A stretch of 64,000 nucleotides of DNA from an uncultured virus (IMG/VR IMGVR_UViG_3300037466_002758) (IMGVR_UViG_3300037466_002758), one strand, 5' to 3'; positions 1-10,600 are shown, counted from the stretch's first letter. A program made the numbers and translations. Notes: generated by a model from the letters alone, not told the origin.

Positions 1-1218
1 CGCGTACTCGTGGTGTGCCCGCTATCCACAATGGAACGCACCTGGGCCGACGAGATATTCCGCTCCTTTCCGCACCTGGATGCGACCGTGTTGTACGGCA
101 CAGCGGCGAAGCGGAAGAAGCTCCTCGCCCAGAAGGTCGACATCTACATCATCAACACCGACGGCATCAAGACGGTCAAGCAGGAGCTTGCCGATCGCGA
201 CGACATCGATCTCATTATCGTGGACGAGCTGGCGCTCTTCCGGAACGCGGGCACTGACCGCTGGAAAGTGCTGAACGAGATCGTGAACAAGCAGACCCCG
301 CGTCGGGTCTGGGGCATGACCGGGTCCCCCACGCCGAACGAGCCCACCGATGCCTGGGCGCAGTGCCGCATGCTCACCCCTACGCGGCAGGAGATTCCCA
401 AGTATTTCAACCGGGCGCGCGACATCCTGATGCGTCAGGTAACGCAGTTCAAGTGGGTCTCGCGGGAGACCGCGCTCGACACCGTGCGTGAGTGGATGCA
501 GCCGGCGATCCGCTATGCCCTGGATGACATGCTGGACCTGCCCGAGCAGGTCTTCATCGACCGCGACGCCGAGCTCACGAAAGACCAGCAGGCAGCCTAC
601 AAGGACATGCTGACCAAGCTCGCCGCCGAGTATGCGGGCGGCCAGATCCTCGCGGTGAACGAGGCCGTGAAGGTCGGCAAGCTTGTCCAGATCGCCTGCG
701 GCGTGGCCTACGGCCAGAACGACCAGGAGGTCGTGATCCCCGCTGCGAACCGGCTGGAGGTGGTCCAGGAGGTCGTGGAGGAGTCCGAGGGCAAGGTCAT
801 TGTCTTCGTCCCCTACACGGCGGTCCTGGAGTCTGTGGCCAAGCACCTCGAGCAATCCTACCCCGTGGCCGTCGTGCACGGCCAGACCAAGAAAACCGAA
901 CGCGACGAGATTTTCGCCGCGTTTCAAAATCACCCCGAACCACGAGTTCTTGTGGCCAACCCCGCCACCATGTCCCATGGGTTGACGCTCACTGCAGCCA
1001 CGACAATCGTCTGGTACGCTCCCATTCATTCGAATGAAACGTACGAGCAAGCCTGCGCACGTGTGCGCAGACCGGGGCAGAAACGTACCACCGTCATCGT
1101 GCACGTGGCGAGCACGGACACCGAGCGCAAGATCTATCAGCGCTTGAAGACGAAGCAGCACGTGCAGGGAATCCTGCTCGACATGTTCAAGGATCAAAAT
1201 GCGTTGACAACTACCTAA
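1..1218 (+). CDS. SNF2-family (SF2) helicase, 5'-truncated by the window edge
   Basis: Walker B IIVDE, motif III MTGSP, motif V HGLTL and motif VI QACARVRRPGQ are present. Motif I is missing, so it probably lies upstream of base 1. Confidence 0.9.
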   Translation, partial: RVLVVCPLSTMERTWADEIFRSFPHLDATVLYGTAAKRKKLLAQKVDIYIINTDGIKTVKQELADRDDIDLIIVDELALFRNAGTDRWKVLNEIVNKQTPRRVWGMTGSPTPNEPTDAWAQCRMLTPTRQEIPKYFNRARDILMRQVTQFKWVSRETALDTVREWMQPAIRYALDDMLDLPEQVFIDRDAELTKDQQAAYKDMLTKLAAEYAGGQILAVNEAVKVGKLVQIACGVAYGQNDQEVVIPAANRLEVVQEVVEESEGKVIVFVPYTAVLESVAKHLEQSYPVAVVHGQTKKTERDEIFAAFQNHPEPRVLVANPATMSHGLTLTAATTIVWYAPIHSNETYEQACARVRRPGQKRTTVIVHVASTDTERKIYQRLKTKQHVQGILLDMFKDQNALTTT

Positions 1219-1233
1219 ACCCCACCGTAGTAT
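1204..1233 (+). promoter_or_regulatory. sigma70-like promoter followed by a GTTAGC box
   Basis: TTGACA (1204-1209), 18-bp spacer, TAGTAT (1228-1233). GTTAGC lies at 1235-1240. Confidence 0.65.
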
Positions 1234-1279
1234 CGTTAGCAACAAGTAAAAGTAACAAACTCTCTTATGGAGGCAACCC

Positions 1280-1666
1280 GTGAAACTTTCCGAGGTTGTC
1301 GCGAAGTACATTGAGCTCCGCGACAGAAAGGCCGCGATCAAGGGCGAGTACGACGCCAAGGTCGCAACGTTGGACCAGCAGCTAACACATATCGAAGGCA
1401 AGCTCCTGCAGGTCTTTGACCAGCTGGGGATGGACTCAGTCCGCACGGAGTTCGGCACGGCGTACAAGTCGGAACGCGTCACTGTGAGCGTCGCCGACAA
1501 GGACGCGTTCAAGCAATTCTGCATCGACACGGGCGAGTTCAGCCTGATGGAAGTGCGGGCAGCAAAGACAGCAGTCGAGCAGTACAAAGCGGCGAACGAT
1601 GGCCAGCTTCCGCCCGGTCTCAACTGGCGAGCTGAACACGTGGTGAACTTCCGCCGCGCGTCGTAA
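1280..1666 (+). CDS. conserved phage replication-module protein (coiled-coil N-terminus, Gam/gp157-like)
   Basis: GGAGG RBS with GTG start; 128 aa; lies between helicase and SSB-like gene. Confidence 0.7.
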   Translation: MKLSEVVAKYIELRDRKAAIKGEYDAKVATLDQQLTHIEGKLLQVFDQLGMDSVRTEFGTAYKSERVTVSVADKDAFKQFCIDTGEFSLMEVRAAKTAVEQYKAANDGQLPPGLNWRAEHVVNFRRAS

Positions 1667-1697
1667 ACTTCCTCACCCACACTGGAGCATTTTCCCG

Positions 1698-2618
1698 ATG
1701 GCCAATATCGTGCCGTTCGAGGGAGCCCAACTCCCCGACTATATCCGCAAAGCGGATCCCAGCCTCAACGACGACCTGACTGCCCACGCAGGCCTCGGCT
1801 TCCCCGTGATGTCGATCAAGGGCAAGGTGTTCGCGATTGTCCGCGACGGCGAGCGCAAGATCGTTCCGAATCCGAAGGACCCCGACAGCCCCGCGACCTT
1901 CATCGATGTAGTGCTCGTGAAGGCGAACAAGAACGCGTCCAAGACCTTCTACATGAAGGGCTACGACGACAAGACCGGCGAAGCGGCGAAGCCGGACTGC
2001 TTCTCTCGCGACGGCGTGGCTCCGGACTCTCAGAGCTCGTCCCCGCAGTCGAAGACCTGCGTCACCTGCAAGCACAACGTGTGGGGCAGCAAGGTAGGCG
2101 ACAACGGCAACAAGGGCAAGGCCTGCCAGGACAACGTGCGGCTCGCGATCGCGCAGCCCACCGCGCTCACCGAGCCCCTGATGCTTCGTGTCCCGCCGGC
2201 CTCGATCCGCAACCTCGGCGAGTACGGCAAGCTCCTGAAAGGGCGCGGCGTGCAGTACCAGATGGTCCTCACCCGCATCGGCTTTGTGCCGGAAGAAGCT
2301 ACTCCGAAGCTCACGTTCAAGCCGATCGGCTTCCTGCCCGAGAACGTTTACAACAAGGTGCAGGAGATCGCCAAGGGTGACGTGGTGCAAGCGATCCTGG
2401 GTGCGGTCGACATGCCGAGCGAGCCTGCCGAGCCGCTCGAAAAGGTGCAGCAGGAGGCAGCAGCGGATGAGCCCAAGCGGACGAGCTCCAGCACCAGTAA
2501 GGTCGTGACCGAAGCCGAGGTGAAGGCCGCAGTTGCGAAGGCGGAAGCCAAGGCACCGGCCCCCGCAGCCGCATCGGACATCGAGATCGACCTCGACAGC
2601 CTGAGCTTCGACGACTGA
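1698..2618 (+). CDS. putative single-stranded DNA-binding/annealing protein
   Basis: GGAG RBS; Cys cluster (DCFS...CVTC...AC); acidic aromatic tail DLDSLSFDD typical of phage SSBs. Confidence 0.6.
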   Translation: MANIVPFEGAQLPDYIRKADPSLNDDLTAHAGLGFPVMSIKGKVFAIVRDGERKIVPNPKDPDSPATFIDVVLVKANKNASKTFYMKGYDDKTGEAAKPDCFSRDGVAPDSQSSSPQSKTCVTCKHNVWGSKVGDNGNKGKACQDNVRLAIAQPTALTEPLMLRVPPASIRNLGEYGKLLKGRGVQYQMVLTRIGFVPEEATPKLTFKPIGFLPENVYNKVQEIAKGDVVQAILGAVDMPSEPAEPLEKVQQEAAADEPKRTSSSTSKVVTEAEVKAAVAKAEAKAPAPAAASDIEIDLDSLSFDD

Positions 2619-2635
2619 CAAAGCGTGCGCCTTTG

Positions 2636-2662
2636 GGGGCGGGGGAACCCGCCCCTCTTTTT
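2636..2662 (+). terminator. intrinsic terminator
   Basis: GGGGCGGG-GGAA-CCCGCCCC followed by TCTTTTT. Confidence 0.8.
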
Positions 2663-2678
2663 GCAGGGGGTAGTTAGC

Positions 2679-2927
2679 ATGTACAACATCGAACAGAACA
2701 AAGTGAAGGGCGTCGTCGCCGAGTGCAACAAGGCCATTATCGCGCTGCGCGCCAATCACGGCGAAGTGCTGGTGGGGCTCGCGGAGCTTCTCGGCCGTGT
2801 CATCGTCGACCAGGCGAGCAACCACATCCACGCGAACGAGATGTACATGGTCGTCCAGGAGCAACTCCTCAAGACGATCGAGACCGGTAGCGAGGCCAAG
2901 GCGAAGTCGCTGATCCACCGGGCGTGA
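2679..2927 (+). CDS. hypothetical protein
   Basis: ATG at 2679 within the tracked ORF; GC3-rich codons; abuts the primase gene. Confidence 0.7.
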   Translation: MYNIEQNKVKGVVAECNKAIIALRANHGEVLVGLAELLGRVIVDQASNHIHANEMYMVVQEQLLKTIETGSEAKAKSLIHRA

Positions 2928-2930
2928 GGC

Positions 2931-5807
2931 ATGACCACGCTCGAGTTCCTTGAGGCAGTGCTGCCCTCGCGGGGACCGTACTGCCTCGTGCTTTTCAGGG
3001 GCCAGTCGAAACCGGCCCACATCACGATCCCAACCCTCGAGCAGCTCGCGAAGAAGGCGCTCGAAGCCGACAGCAAGGGCCTCGAGGTGTACTACGCATG
3101 CGCAGCCGGCACACCGAGCTCGACCAAGCGCGCGAACAAGGACTCCGTCGACTGGCGAGCGAAATCGCTGTGGATGGATCTGGATTGCGGAGAGGGCAAG
3201 GAGTACGCGACCAAGCAGGAAGCAGCCGTAGGACTTAAGGAGTTCGTGCAGAAAGTGGGGCTGCCGTTCCCCATGTTGATCGACTCCGGCAACGGGCTGC
3301 ACGCATACTGGCCGCTTGAGCGTGAAGTCAGCTATCACGAATGGTCGCCGCTCGCCCAGGAACTCAAGAACAAGGCGATCGAGCTCGGTCTCGGTTTCGA
3401 TCGTGGCATCACTGCCGACGAAGCGCGGATTCTACGGCCTGTCGGCTGCACGAACCGGAAGAAGGTCTTGAGGCAGGTCAAGTTGATCAAGGCCTCAAAT
3501 CCGGTGAACGTGGAGCGTTTGCACGCGAACCTGGAGGTCAGGGCTGTCGCTAATACTGACCTCAGCATAAACGACGACCTCATCGCGCACTTGCCGGTGT
3601 ACCCGGATCTTCCGAAATCCGGAGCAGAAATCGCCAAGCACTGCAAGCAAATCGCTCTCATGCGAGACACGCAAGGTGACGTTGGCTACGAGCACTGGTT
3701 CGGTGTGATCGGCGTGTTGAAACATTGTATCGACGGGCAGGAGCTCGCCCACGCCTGGAGCGCTCGCCGCGCGGAAACCGGCCACAGCCGAGTCGACGTG
3801 AACGACAAGTGGCAGAGCTGGAACGCCGGACCCACGACGTGCGAGTCGTTCGCCCACAGGAACCCTGGTGGATGCACGGACTGCCCGCACAAGAAAATCA
3901 CTTCCCCCATCCAGCTCGGCATCATCGTGCCGGAGAGCAAGGAATCGGTGGAAGAAGTCGAGCTCGAGGGGAAGCAGGAAATTGTGCAGATCCCGCCGCT
4001 TCCAACCGGCTACACCTGGGATAACGGCCAGCTCTGGCGCATCATCGTCGACAAAGACGGAAAGAACGTGCCACATCCGTTCAGCCGCTCGCTTTTCTAT
4101 CCCATCTACCGCGTGAAGCGTGAGGACACGTTCGCGGTGGCACTGCGCATGCACCTGCCCGACAAGCGGGCGCGCGAATTCGAGATCGAGACAGGGCTTC
4201 TCGCGGCACCCGCCAAGCTCGTCGAAGAGCTCGGGCACAAGGGGGAGCTCGTGACCACGAACAACAAGGATGCATCCATGCACTTGACCGCCTACCTGCG
4301 CGACTCGCTCGAGGAGCTCAAGCGCCAGGCCGAAGAGATGAACACGATGGTGAGGTACGGCTGGAGCGAGAACTTCGAATCCTTCCTCGTAGGAAACCGA
4401 CTCTATCGCTCCGACGGCGAAGTGCGACGCGTGCTGATCGGCGGTGCAGCGCAGGACTACCTGCCGGCGTTCCCGGAGCCCAAGGGCACGGTACAACGCT
4501 ACGCGGATGCGTTGAACTTCGTCTACAACCACGCGGGCTACGAGCACCTGCAGTACATCGTCTGCAGCGGGTTCGGCTCGATCCTGACGCCGTTCGGCGA
4601 GAACCTCTTCCACGGGCTCCTCCTCGCCGTCTCCTCGCTCGATAGCGGCAAGGGCAAGACGACCGCGTGCCACGCGGCGATGTATGCGTTCGGCGACGCA
4701 GCCAAGATGCAGATCTCCGGCAAGACCGGGGCGACGACCAACGCGCTCATGCAGCGGATGGGTGTTTTCGGAAGTCTCCCGGTGCTCTTCGACGAGTTCA
4801 CCAACATGGAGCCCAAGGAGATCTCCGAGCTCGCCTACAAGATCGCGAACGGCATGGACAAGGACCGGCTCGAGGCGAGTGGGAAGGGGGTGCGCAAGGC
4901 TAAGCAGTTCATGTGGGACCTCTCGCCCTACATCACCGGCAACGTGAACTTCCACTCGATGCTTTCCGGGCACATGGCCAACTCGCAGGCCGAGGGCGTG
5001 CGCATCGTGGAGATTCGCGCCGACGAGCAGCCGCAAATCGAGTTCGCTGCGGGTGAGGTCGATACCGCCATATCCGCCATGCGCGACAACCGTGGATGCG
5101 CCGGCGACGTGTTCCTTCGCTACGTAGTGACACACCAGGAAGAGATCCGTGAACAGTTCCGCACTGTGCTGAAGGACGTGATGAGTTACATCCCCAACGC
5201 GGAGTATCGCTTTTTCAGAAACCAGGCCGCGAGTGTGCTCGTGAGCGCGCGCATCCTGCAGGAGCTGAAGATCGCGAGCTTCGATTTCGATGCCCTCTTC
5301 AAGTACGCGATGCGCCTTATGGGCACACTTTCCAAGACGATCGAGGAAGAGCACGTGGTCACCCACGAGGATGCGTTCAGCATGATGGTGAACGACTTGA
5401 CCCCAAGGATCCTCCAGACCGCCGAGTACCGCGATGGGCGAGATGCTAGAGGGCCGGAGCCAGTGGCGCGCCGCAACCACCTCACGATCGCAGGACGCTT
5501 CATCACCGGGGTCGCCTCGAAAGAGCCGAAGGCCGGAATGCTCTACCTCTCGAAGAAAGACATCAAGGACTGGTGCGTCAAGCAGCGAATCGACATGGGC
5601 TCGCTCATGTCGTACGCGAAGGGGCACGGCTTCCTGGTGAGCGACGGTGAGCGGTTCAACGTGACACGCGGCACGGAGCTCCCGGCCGTGCAGGTGGTGT
5701 GCGCCTCGTTCGACATGAACCGCGCACAGGGGTTAGTTTCTACCCCAAGACTTACGGTGCATAACAGCGGATCAATCGTTGCAAGCAGTCAACAACAAGC
5801 GGTATAG
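2931..5807 (+). CDS. primase-helicase (AEP/RepB-type primase N-terminus, DUF927 and P-loop domain)
   Basis: WMDLD and SGNGLHAYW primase motifs; CxxCxH zinc site; Walker A DSGKGKT; Walker B VLFDE. Confidence 0.85.
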   Translation: MTTLEFLEAVLPSRGPYCLVLFRGQSKPAHITIPTLEQLAKKALEADSKGLEVYYACAAGTPSSTKRANKDSVDWRAKSLWMDLDCGEGKEYATKQEAAVGLKEFVQKVGLPFPMLIDSGNGLHAYWPLEREVSYHEWSPLAQELKNKAIELGLGFDRGITADEARILRPVGCTNRKKVLRQVKLIKASNPVNVERLHANLEVRAVANTDLSINDDLIAHLPVYPDLPKSGAEIAKHCKQIALMRDTQGDVGYEHWFGVIGVLKHCIDGQELAHAWSARRAETGHSRVDVNDKWQSWNAGPTTCESFAHRNPGGCTDCPHKKITSPIQLGIIVPESKESVEEVELEGKQEIVQIPPLPTGYTWDNGQLWRIIVDKDGKNVPHPFSRSLFYPIYRVKREDTFAVALRMHLPDKRAREFEIETGLLAAPAKLVEELGHKGELVTTNNKDASMHLTAYLRDSLEELKRQAEEMNTMVRYGWSENFESFLVGNRLYRSDGEVRRVLIGGAAQDYLPAFPEPKGTVQRYADALNFVYNHAGYEHLQYIVCSGFGSILTPFGENLFHGLLLAVSSLDSGKGKTTACHAAMYAFGDAAKMQISGKTGATTNALMQRMGVFGSLPVLFDEFTNMEPKEISELAYKIANGMDKDRLEASGKGVRKAKQFMWDLSPYITGNVNFHSMLSGHMANSQAEGVRIVEIRADEQPQIEFAAGEVDTAISAMRDNRGCAGDVFLRYVVTHQEEIREQFRTVLKDVMSYIPNAEYRFFRNQAASVLVSARILQELKIASFDFDALFKYAMRLMGTLSKTIEEEHVVTHEDAFSMMVNDLTPRILQTAEYRDGRDARGPEPVARRNHLTIAGRFITGVASKEPKAGMLYLSKKDIKDWCVKQRIDMGSLMSYAKGHGFLVSDGERFNVTRGTELPAVQVVCASFDMNRAQGLVSTPRLTVHNSGSIVASSQQQAV

Positions 5808-5814
5808 TGCTAAC
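5779..5814 (+). promoter_or_regulatory. sigma70-like promoter for the xis transcript, with adjacent GCTAAC box
   Basis: TTGCAA (5779-5784), 18-bp spacer, TATAGT (5803-5808), GCTAAC (5809-5814). Confidence 0.6.
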
Positions 5815-5851
5815 GTGGGCATGTGAAGATGACCGCGCCTTCTAGAGAGTT

Positions 5852-5886
5852 GCCCCCGGCCCCGATCCCTGCCGGGGGTCTTTTTT
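5852..5886 (+). terminator. intrinsic terminator/attenuator upstream of xis
   Basis: GCCCCCGGC, 10-nt loop, GCCGGGGGT, then CTTTTTT. Confidence 0.75.
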
Positions 5887-5896
5887 CCGAGGCCTC

Positions 5897-6100
5897 ATGG
5901 AACAACCGAACGTAACTCCGAACCTGACCCTGAACATCGCCGAGCTCGCGAAGATCCTGCACATGTCGACCAACACCGCCAGGCAGCTCGCGAGCAAGCA
6001 CCCCGATCGACTTCCTCCCCGCATCGACCATGGCGGGCGCCGCGTTCTCTTCCTGCGAAGCACGGTGGAGAAGTGGCTGGAGGAGCGATCGGCACACTGA
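5897..6100 (+). CDS. xis: excisionase / HTH_17 (AlpA/MerR-like) DNA-binding protein
   Basis: 67 aa; LNIAELAKIL HTH and GRRVLF...VEKWL wing; convergent with the integrase. Confidence 0.8.
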   Translation: MEQPNVTPNLTLNIAELAKILHMSTNTARQLASKHPDRLPPRIDHGGRRVLFLRSTVEKWLEERSAH

Positions 6101-6102
6101 AT

Positions 6103-6270
6103 GCCTGCGGCCACCTGCGTGAGTTCGCCGGCTGGTACGATCTGGCCCCGCAGGCCTGAAAACGGCGCACTGTCAGCGGTGTTCCCTTCCACCGCGCGCC
6201 GCGAGTAGGGATTCCTCGACTCTCGAGGTGGGCGAGAGAATCTACCGATCCCACCACCCTTTCAGGAGGG
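6103..6270 (+). ncRNA. candidate structured cis-regulatory RNA
   Basis: Several nested stems and a possible pseudoknot (GGTGGG 6227-6232 with CCCACC 6250-6255). The closing stem overlaps an RBS. Confidence 0.5.
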
Positions 6271-6277
6271 CGACGAT

Positions 6278-6343
6278 GTGTTCGGATATATCGTTCTCAT
6301 CATCGCCCTGGTCTGCGTGTGGCTGTCGATGGACGTCACTTGA
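6278..6343 (+). CDS. 21-aa hydrophobic peptide (MFGYIVLIIALVCVWLSMDVT)
   Basis: GGAGG at 6265-6269, GTG start 8 nt later; single transmembrane-like stretch. Confidence 0.5.
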   Translation: MFGYIVLIIALVCVWLSMDVT

Positions 6344-7334
6344 GCATGTCCACCAGCTCCTCCGGCGTTGGATTGAAGTAGACCTTTAGGCTCTTCAGGT
6401 CCTTGTGGCCGGTGACGCTCGCGAGCGTGAGAGGGTCGCGAAGCTTCTTGGCCAACCGGGTAGTCCCCTCGTGTCGAGTGTCGTGGATGCGCAGGTCGAC
6501 GATCTTCAAGGCTTTCGCGATCTTCCGGTACGTCGCCCCGAGTGATTCGGAGGCGACCGGGAACACAAGTTCCGCATGGCGAGGTAGCTTATCCAGTAAC
6601 TCGCGAGCCCTTGGCGTGAAGGGGACGTATCTACTATCCCCATTCTTCGAGTCACGCACAAACGCATAACCCTTTTCCAGGTTGACGTCTTCCCAGCGCA
6701 GCGCGCACATTTCCCCCAGCCGCATCGCTGTCTCGATCCCGAATTCGTACACCCACGGGACGTAATCTCTGACAGCGCCGTAGCCCTTTCGCGGCACTTT
6801 TCCGTTCGTACTACCCCAGAGCTTCTCGAGTTCCGACGCCGCGACCCGGCGATTGCGAGCCTTGCCCTTGGGCGGACGCTTCACCAGCTTCACCGGGTTC
6901 ATCTCGAGCGGCAGGTCCCACTCCTTCATCGCGTACGTGAAGATGGCGGATATGAGGTTGAGCTCCCGATTGACTGAGCTCCCCTGGACCTCGGTTAGCC
7001 GTTTATCCCGCCATGCTTTTAGATCTTGACTGGTAACTCGGGTGGCTAGTTTGTTTACCCAAATCACAGTCCGCAGGAAACGGTCGATCCGGACTTGCTC
7101 CCAGCGCCGGCCTTTCTTCCCCAGGCTCACCTCGTCCCGGTAGCGCTCGAAGACCCGCTTGACGGTGTCCTTGTTGGTAGCGAGCGCGGTCACCCGGCCC
7201 AGCATGCGGCCCTCGAGGCCGCGCGCCCACTCCTCCGCGTCAGACAGGCGGGGAAAGGATTTCGCTAGTGGAGTGTGCCCCTTGCGGCGGATTATCGCGC
7301 GCCAGGAATTGCCTCGTTTCTGGAAAGTCGCCAT
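6336..7334 (-). CDS. int: tyrosine integrase with N-terminal arm-binding domain
   Basis: Catalytic residues R (TAMRLGE), K (SKNG), HxxR (HDTRH), H (TGH) and Y (KVY). Probable ATG at 7334. Confidence 0.93.
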   Translation of the reverse strand: MATFQKRGNSWRAIIRRKGHTPLAKSFPRLSDAEEWARGLEGRMLGRVTALATNKDTVKRVFERYRDEVSLGKKGRRWEQVRIDRFLRTVIWVNKLATRVTSQDLKAWRDKRLTEVQGSSVNRELNLISAIFTYAMKEWDLPLEMNPVKLVKRPPKGKARNRRVAASELEKLWGSTNGKVPRKGYGAVRDYVPWVYEFGIETAMRLGEMCALRWEDVNLEKGYAFVRDSKNGDSRYVPFTPRARELLDKLPRHAELVFPVASESLGATYRKIAKALKIVDLRIHDTRHEGTTRLAKKLRDPLTLASVTGHKDLKSLKVYFNPTPEELVDMLK

Positions 7335-7340
7335 GGTCGG

Positions 7341-7523
7341 TGTAGCCAAAAATGTACCACGGCGATTGTATCCTATTGTTTATGAAAAGACACTCGTTGC
7401 TTCTTCTGGGCACTCTTTACGTTAACTTTCGGTACTTCCCAGCATAATAATCAGCGACTTACTGACAACGACGTACATCTGCATACGTTAGTTTTCAGTT
7501 GTCAGTGTACCATCGGTGTACCA
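7341..7523. other. probable attP region
   Basis: AT-rich, next to int. TGTACCA arm-type repeats at about 7354, 7506 and 7517. IHF-consensus AATCAGCGACTTA at 7449-7461. Confidence 0.6.
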
Positions 7524-7627
7524 GTCAGGGCCCCCAGCACGATCCTCCAGAAGTAGAGCCTGGAGAGGAGCACACAGTAGCCCATTCCGAGGACGAACCC
7601 CAGGCAGAAGACCAGCGTCCATTTCAC
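7502..7627 (-). CDS. 41-aa membrane peptide (MKWTLVFCLGFVLGMGYCVLLSRLYFW...)
   Basis: GTG start overlaps the stop of the upstream gene (GTGA); strongly hydrophobic. Confidence 0.45.
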   Translation of the reverse strand: MKWTLVFCLGFVLGMGYCVLLSRLYFWRIVLGALTGTPMVH

Positions 7628-10600
7628 TCGCTGATCCCCGCCAGGTTCATTCCCAGGCCCCTCTGGGCCCGCCCGTACTCGACCCCACCTTGGAGGCTGC
7701 GTTCCCGCTGCCGTTGCAGCTGGGGCGCTTTGAGGAGCGCGGAGAGGGGTTGGCGGGGCATCCCGTTCTTCACCCGGGCATCCTGCATGTCGTTCCAGGC
7801 CTGGCGGGCGGCTTCGGCCGCGTCGGCGTCTCCGTCCTTGCGGGCCTTGAGGTAGCGGTCCTTGATCTCACCCGCGCGATCCGAGAAGTCCTGGTTGATC
7901 TTGTAGGCCTCGCTCGAGCGGAAAGAGCGCTCCGTGAGCGCCGTGGGCGGAAGGCCCAGCGCCTGCATCATCGCGGTGCCGAAGCCGATGTCGTCCGGAT
8001 CCATGAGCGTGTCGCCATGCTTGTTCACGACGCCCTTGGTCTCGAGCTGGGCTGCCTTCATCGAGTCCCCGACCACCTTGGGCACCATGTCCGCCGCGCC
8101 CTGATAGAAGTTGCCGGTGTTCATCTGGTGCAGGCCATCCAGGAACTTGAGGCCGAGCGACCCCCACGGGCCGAGGAGCGAGACCAGCGTCTGGGCCTGG
8201 GCGCCGCGATCGCGCAGGCTGATGTCCGACTGAATGCCGAACGGATTCAGGATCTGGCCCATGCCCACGCGGCCGGAGACGTTGAGCCCCATCGCGGCCG
8301 GTACACCCGAGAGCAGCAGGCGGGCCGTGTCGGGGTCACCGATCGCGCGGCGCAGCTTCACTTCGGAGTCGGCCGGGTCCTCGGAATCCCCGAAGGCCCA
8401 GTTCACGGCGCCCGCGATCACCGGCGCCATCGGGAGGCCCATGAGGCCGCCCACCGCAGCCGTGTGGCCGATCAAGTAGGTCAACCCCGCGCGCCCGATC
8501 GAGCGCTCTTCCGGAGTGGCGCCAGCGAAGGCGTCCTTCGCCATGCGGGCGAGAAGTGTGGCCTGGATCAGCTGGTACTTCTTGAACTGGAGGAGTAGCT
8601 TCGCGCCCGGCTTGTTGAATACCCCCGGAGCGTTCATGGCCGAGTAGTCACCGTGCGTCTGGTAGACCACGCGGTCGGCGTAGTCGACGCCGTTCTTGGC
8701 CCCCTCGAGGCGATACGCCGCCATGGCGGTCGAGAGCCGGTTCAGCTGCTCCACGCGCTGCATCATGCCGCGCATCTTGCGCATGGCGTTGTTGCCTGCG
8801 TTGGAGAGGTAGCCGTCCTTCGCCGCGATGATCGAGCCCAGCTCCTGCTCCATGCCGACGGTGATCCGGCCACGGTTCACGAGTTCCTGCATGGCACCCT
8901 GGACGTCGGCCGGGAGCTTCGACATGTCGAGCGGGCCGTTGATGCCCTTGCCCTTGAAGGCGGGAGCCATGTCCTTGTACGCCTGCACGAGCGCCCGCCA
9001 CGAGCGGAAGTAGCCGTGCTTGCCAGCCATCATCGGGAGCGACATCAGGAACGGCTGGGTCGCGTTCGTGAGGTAGTACGAGGGCGACGCACCGAGGAAA
9101 TAGACCGACGTCGCCTGATGGATGAAGTCCGCCATCGGGGTCGCGCGGTATTGCAGGCTCTGCGCGTAGCGGCGCTGAAGCTCGTTATAGTAGGGGCGAG
9201 CCTTCTCCGGGTTGTCGTTCGTCTCGCGCAGCATGTCGGCGATGTGGCCCACGATGTCGGCGTTGTGCTTGACCGAGGAGATGAAGTGCGCGTCGGCGCG
9301 ACCCTGCTTCACGAAGGCCCGCATCATCTCTTTCGAGACACCCTCCACACCGAGGCGGGTAAGCTCGGACTTGCGAGCGGAGTTCTCCGCGAGTGAGCGC
9401 AGGTACATGTCGCGCAAGAGCGCGCCGGCCTCCTTCGCCACGTCGCCACCCTGGTCATTCATCATCTCCCGCAGGCGGTTGATCGCGTCGAGCGTCGACT
9501 TGCCACCGAAAACCGCGTACTTGGCCTCGTCGTCTTTCTCGAAGTGGGCGGTCTGGGCGAACTTGCCCGTCCCCCGGAGTTTCGCTTCAAGCGCAGCCGC
9601 TTGGCCCTTGGTCTCCGCGAAGTGCACGTGGTAGTTGTCGGCGGAGGCCTTGAGCTTCTCGATCTCGTCCGCGTCCCCCGCGCGCTCCGCGTCGATGAGC
9701 TTCTGGCTGCGCCCTACCACGACGAAGTTGCCGAACTGGGTGAGCGGCGCATAGGGCTTGTCGGGGTCGAGCTTCAGGATCTTGTCGAACCGGTTGGCCA
9801 TCTGGCGTTTGCCGACCTCGAGCTTCGCGAGCTTTTCCTTGTCCCCGGCTTCCTTCGCCTTCGCGATGAGCGGGTCGTACTCGGAAGCGACCTGGTCCAG
9901 CACCTGGCGCTTCTTGAGCTGCAGCGTGTCATAGCCGTGCTTGAAGACGGACTTCACGACCTCTTGGGCTGCGGGGGTGAGCGCCTCGAACTCCCGCTTC
10001 ATGGCGGGATCCGTCCGGTCGGTGCCGTCCTGCTTCAGGTTGTAGCCCCACTTCCCTTGGCGCGTGGAGTTGTAGAGGTGCGCATCGACTGCGCGGCGCT
10101 CGGCGATCGGGAGCTTCCCGTAGGCAGCGTAGATGTCGTCCACCGGCTGCTCGAGCTTGAGGCGGTCGGCCGCGCGCGCATTGAGCGTCGCCATGTACTT
10201 CTTGACCGAGGGGATCAGCTTCGAGGCCCGGTCGGCAAGATCCTGCGTGAAGGTGGCAGCGAGTACTCCCTTGTGCAGCTTGTAGAGCGCGGAGTTCGCC
10301 GCCTCTTCGGCCTTGCCGACGGGTGTATCGCGCGGCGCGGCGATCGAGCGCTGGATGCGCTGGTACTCGCCTTCTCCTGCCGTCCGCACGAGCTGATGCT
10401 CCTTCTGGAGCGTGGCAAGCTTCGGGGGCTCGTTGGTTCCTTTGCGCAGTCGGCTCTCGACGTTGTACGCCTCGAGCTCTCCGCTGTGCGCGTAGTACGC
10501 AGCCTTCAGGAGTGAGTTGTGCACCTCCTGGTCACCCTTCATGAGCGCGGCGATTCCATCGACGTGCTTCTGCCATTCCTTCTTGAGCTCGCGCAGCTTC

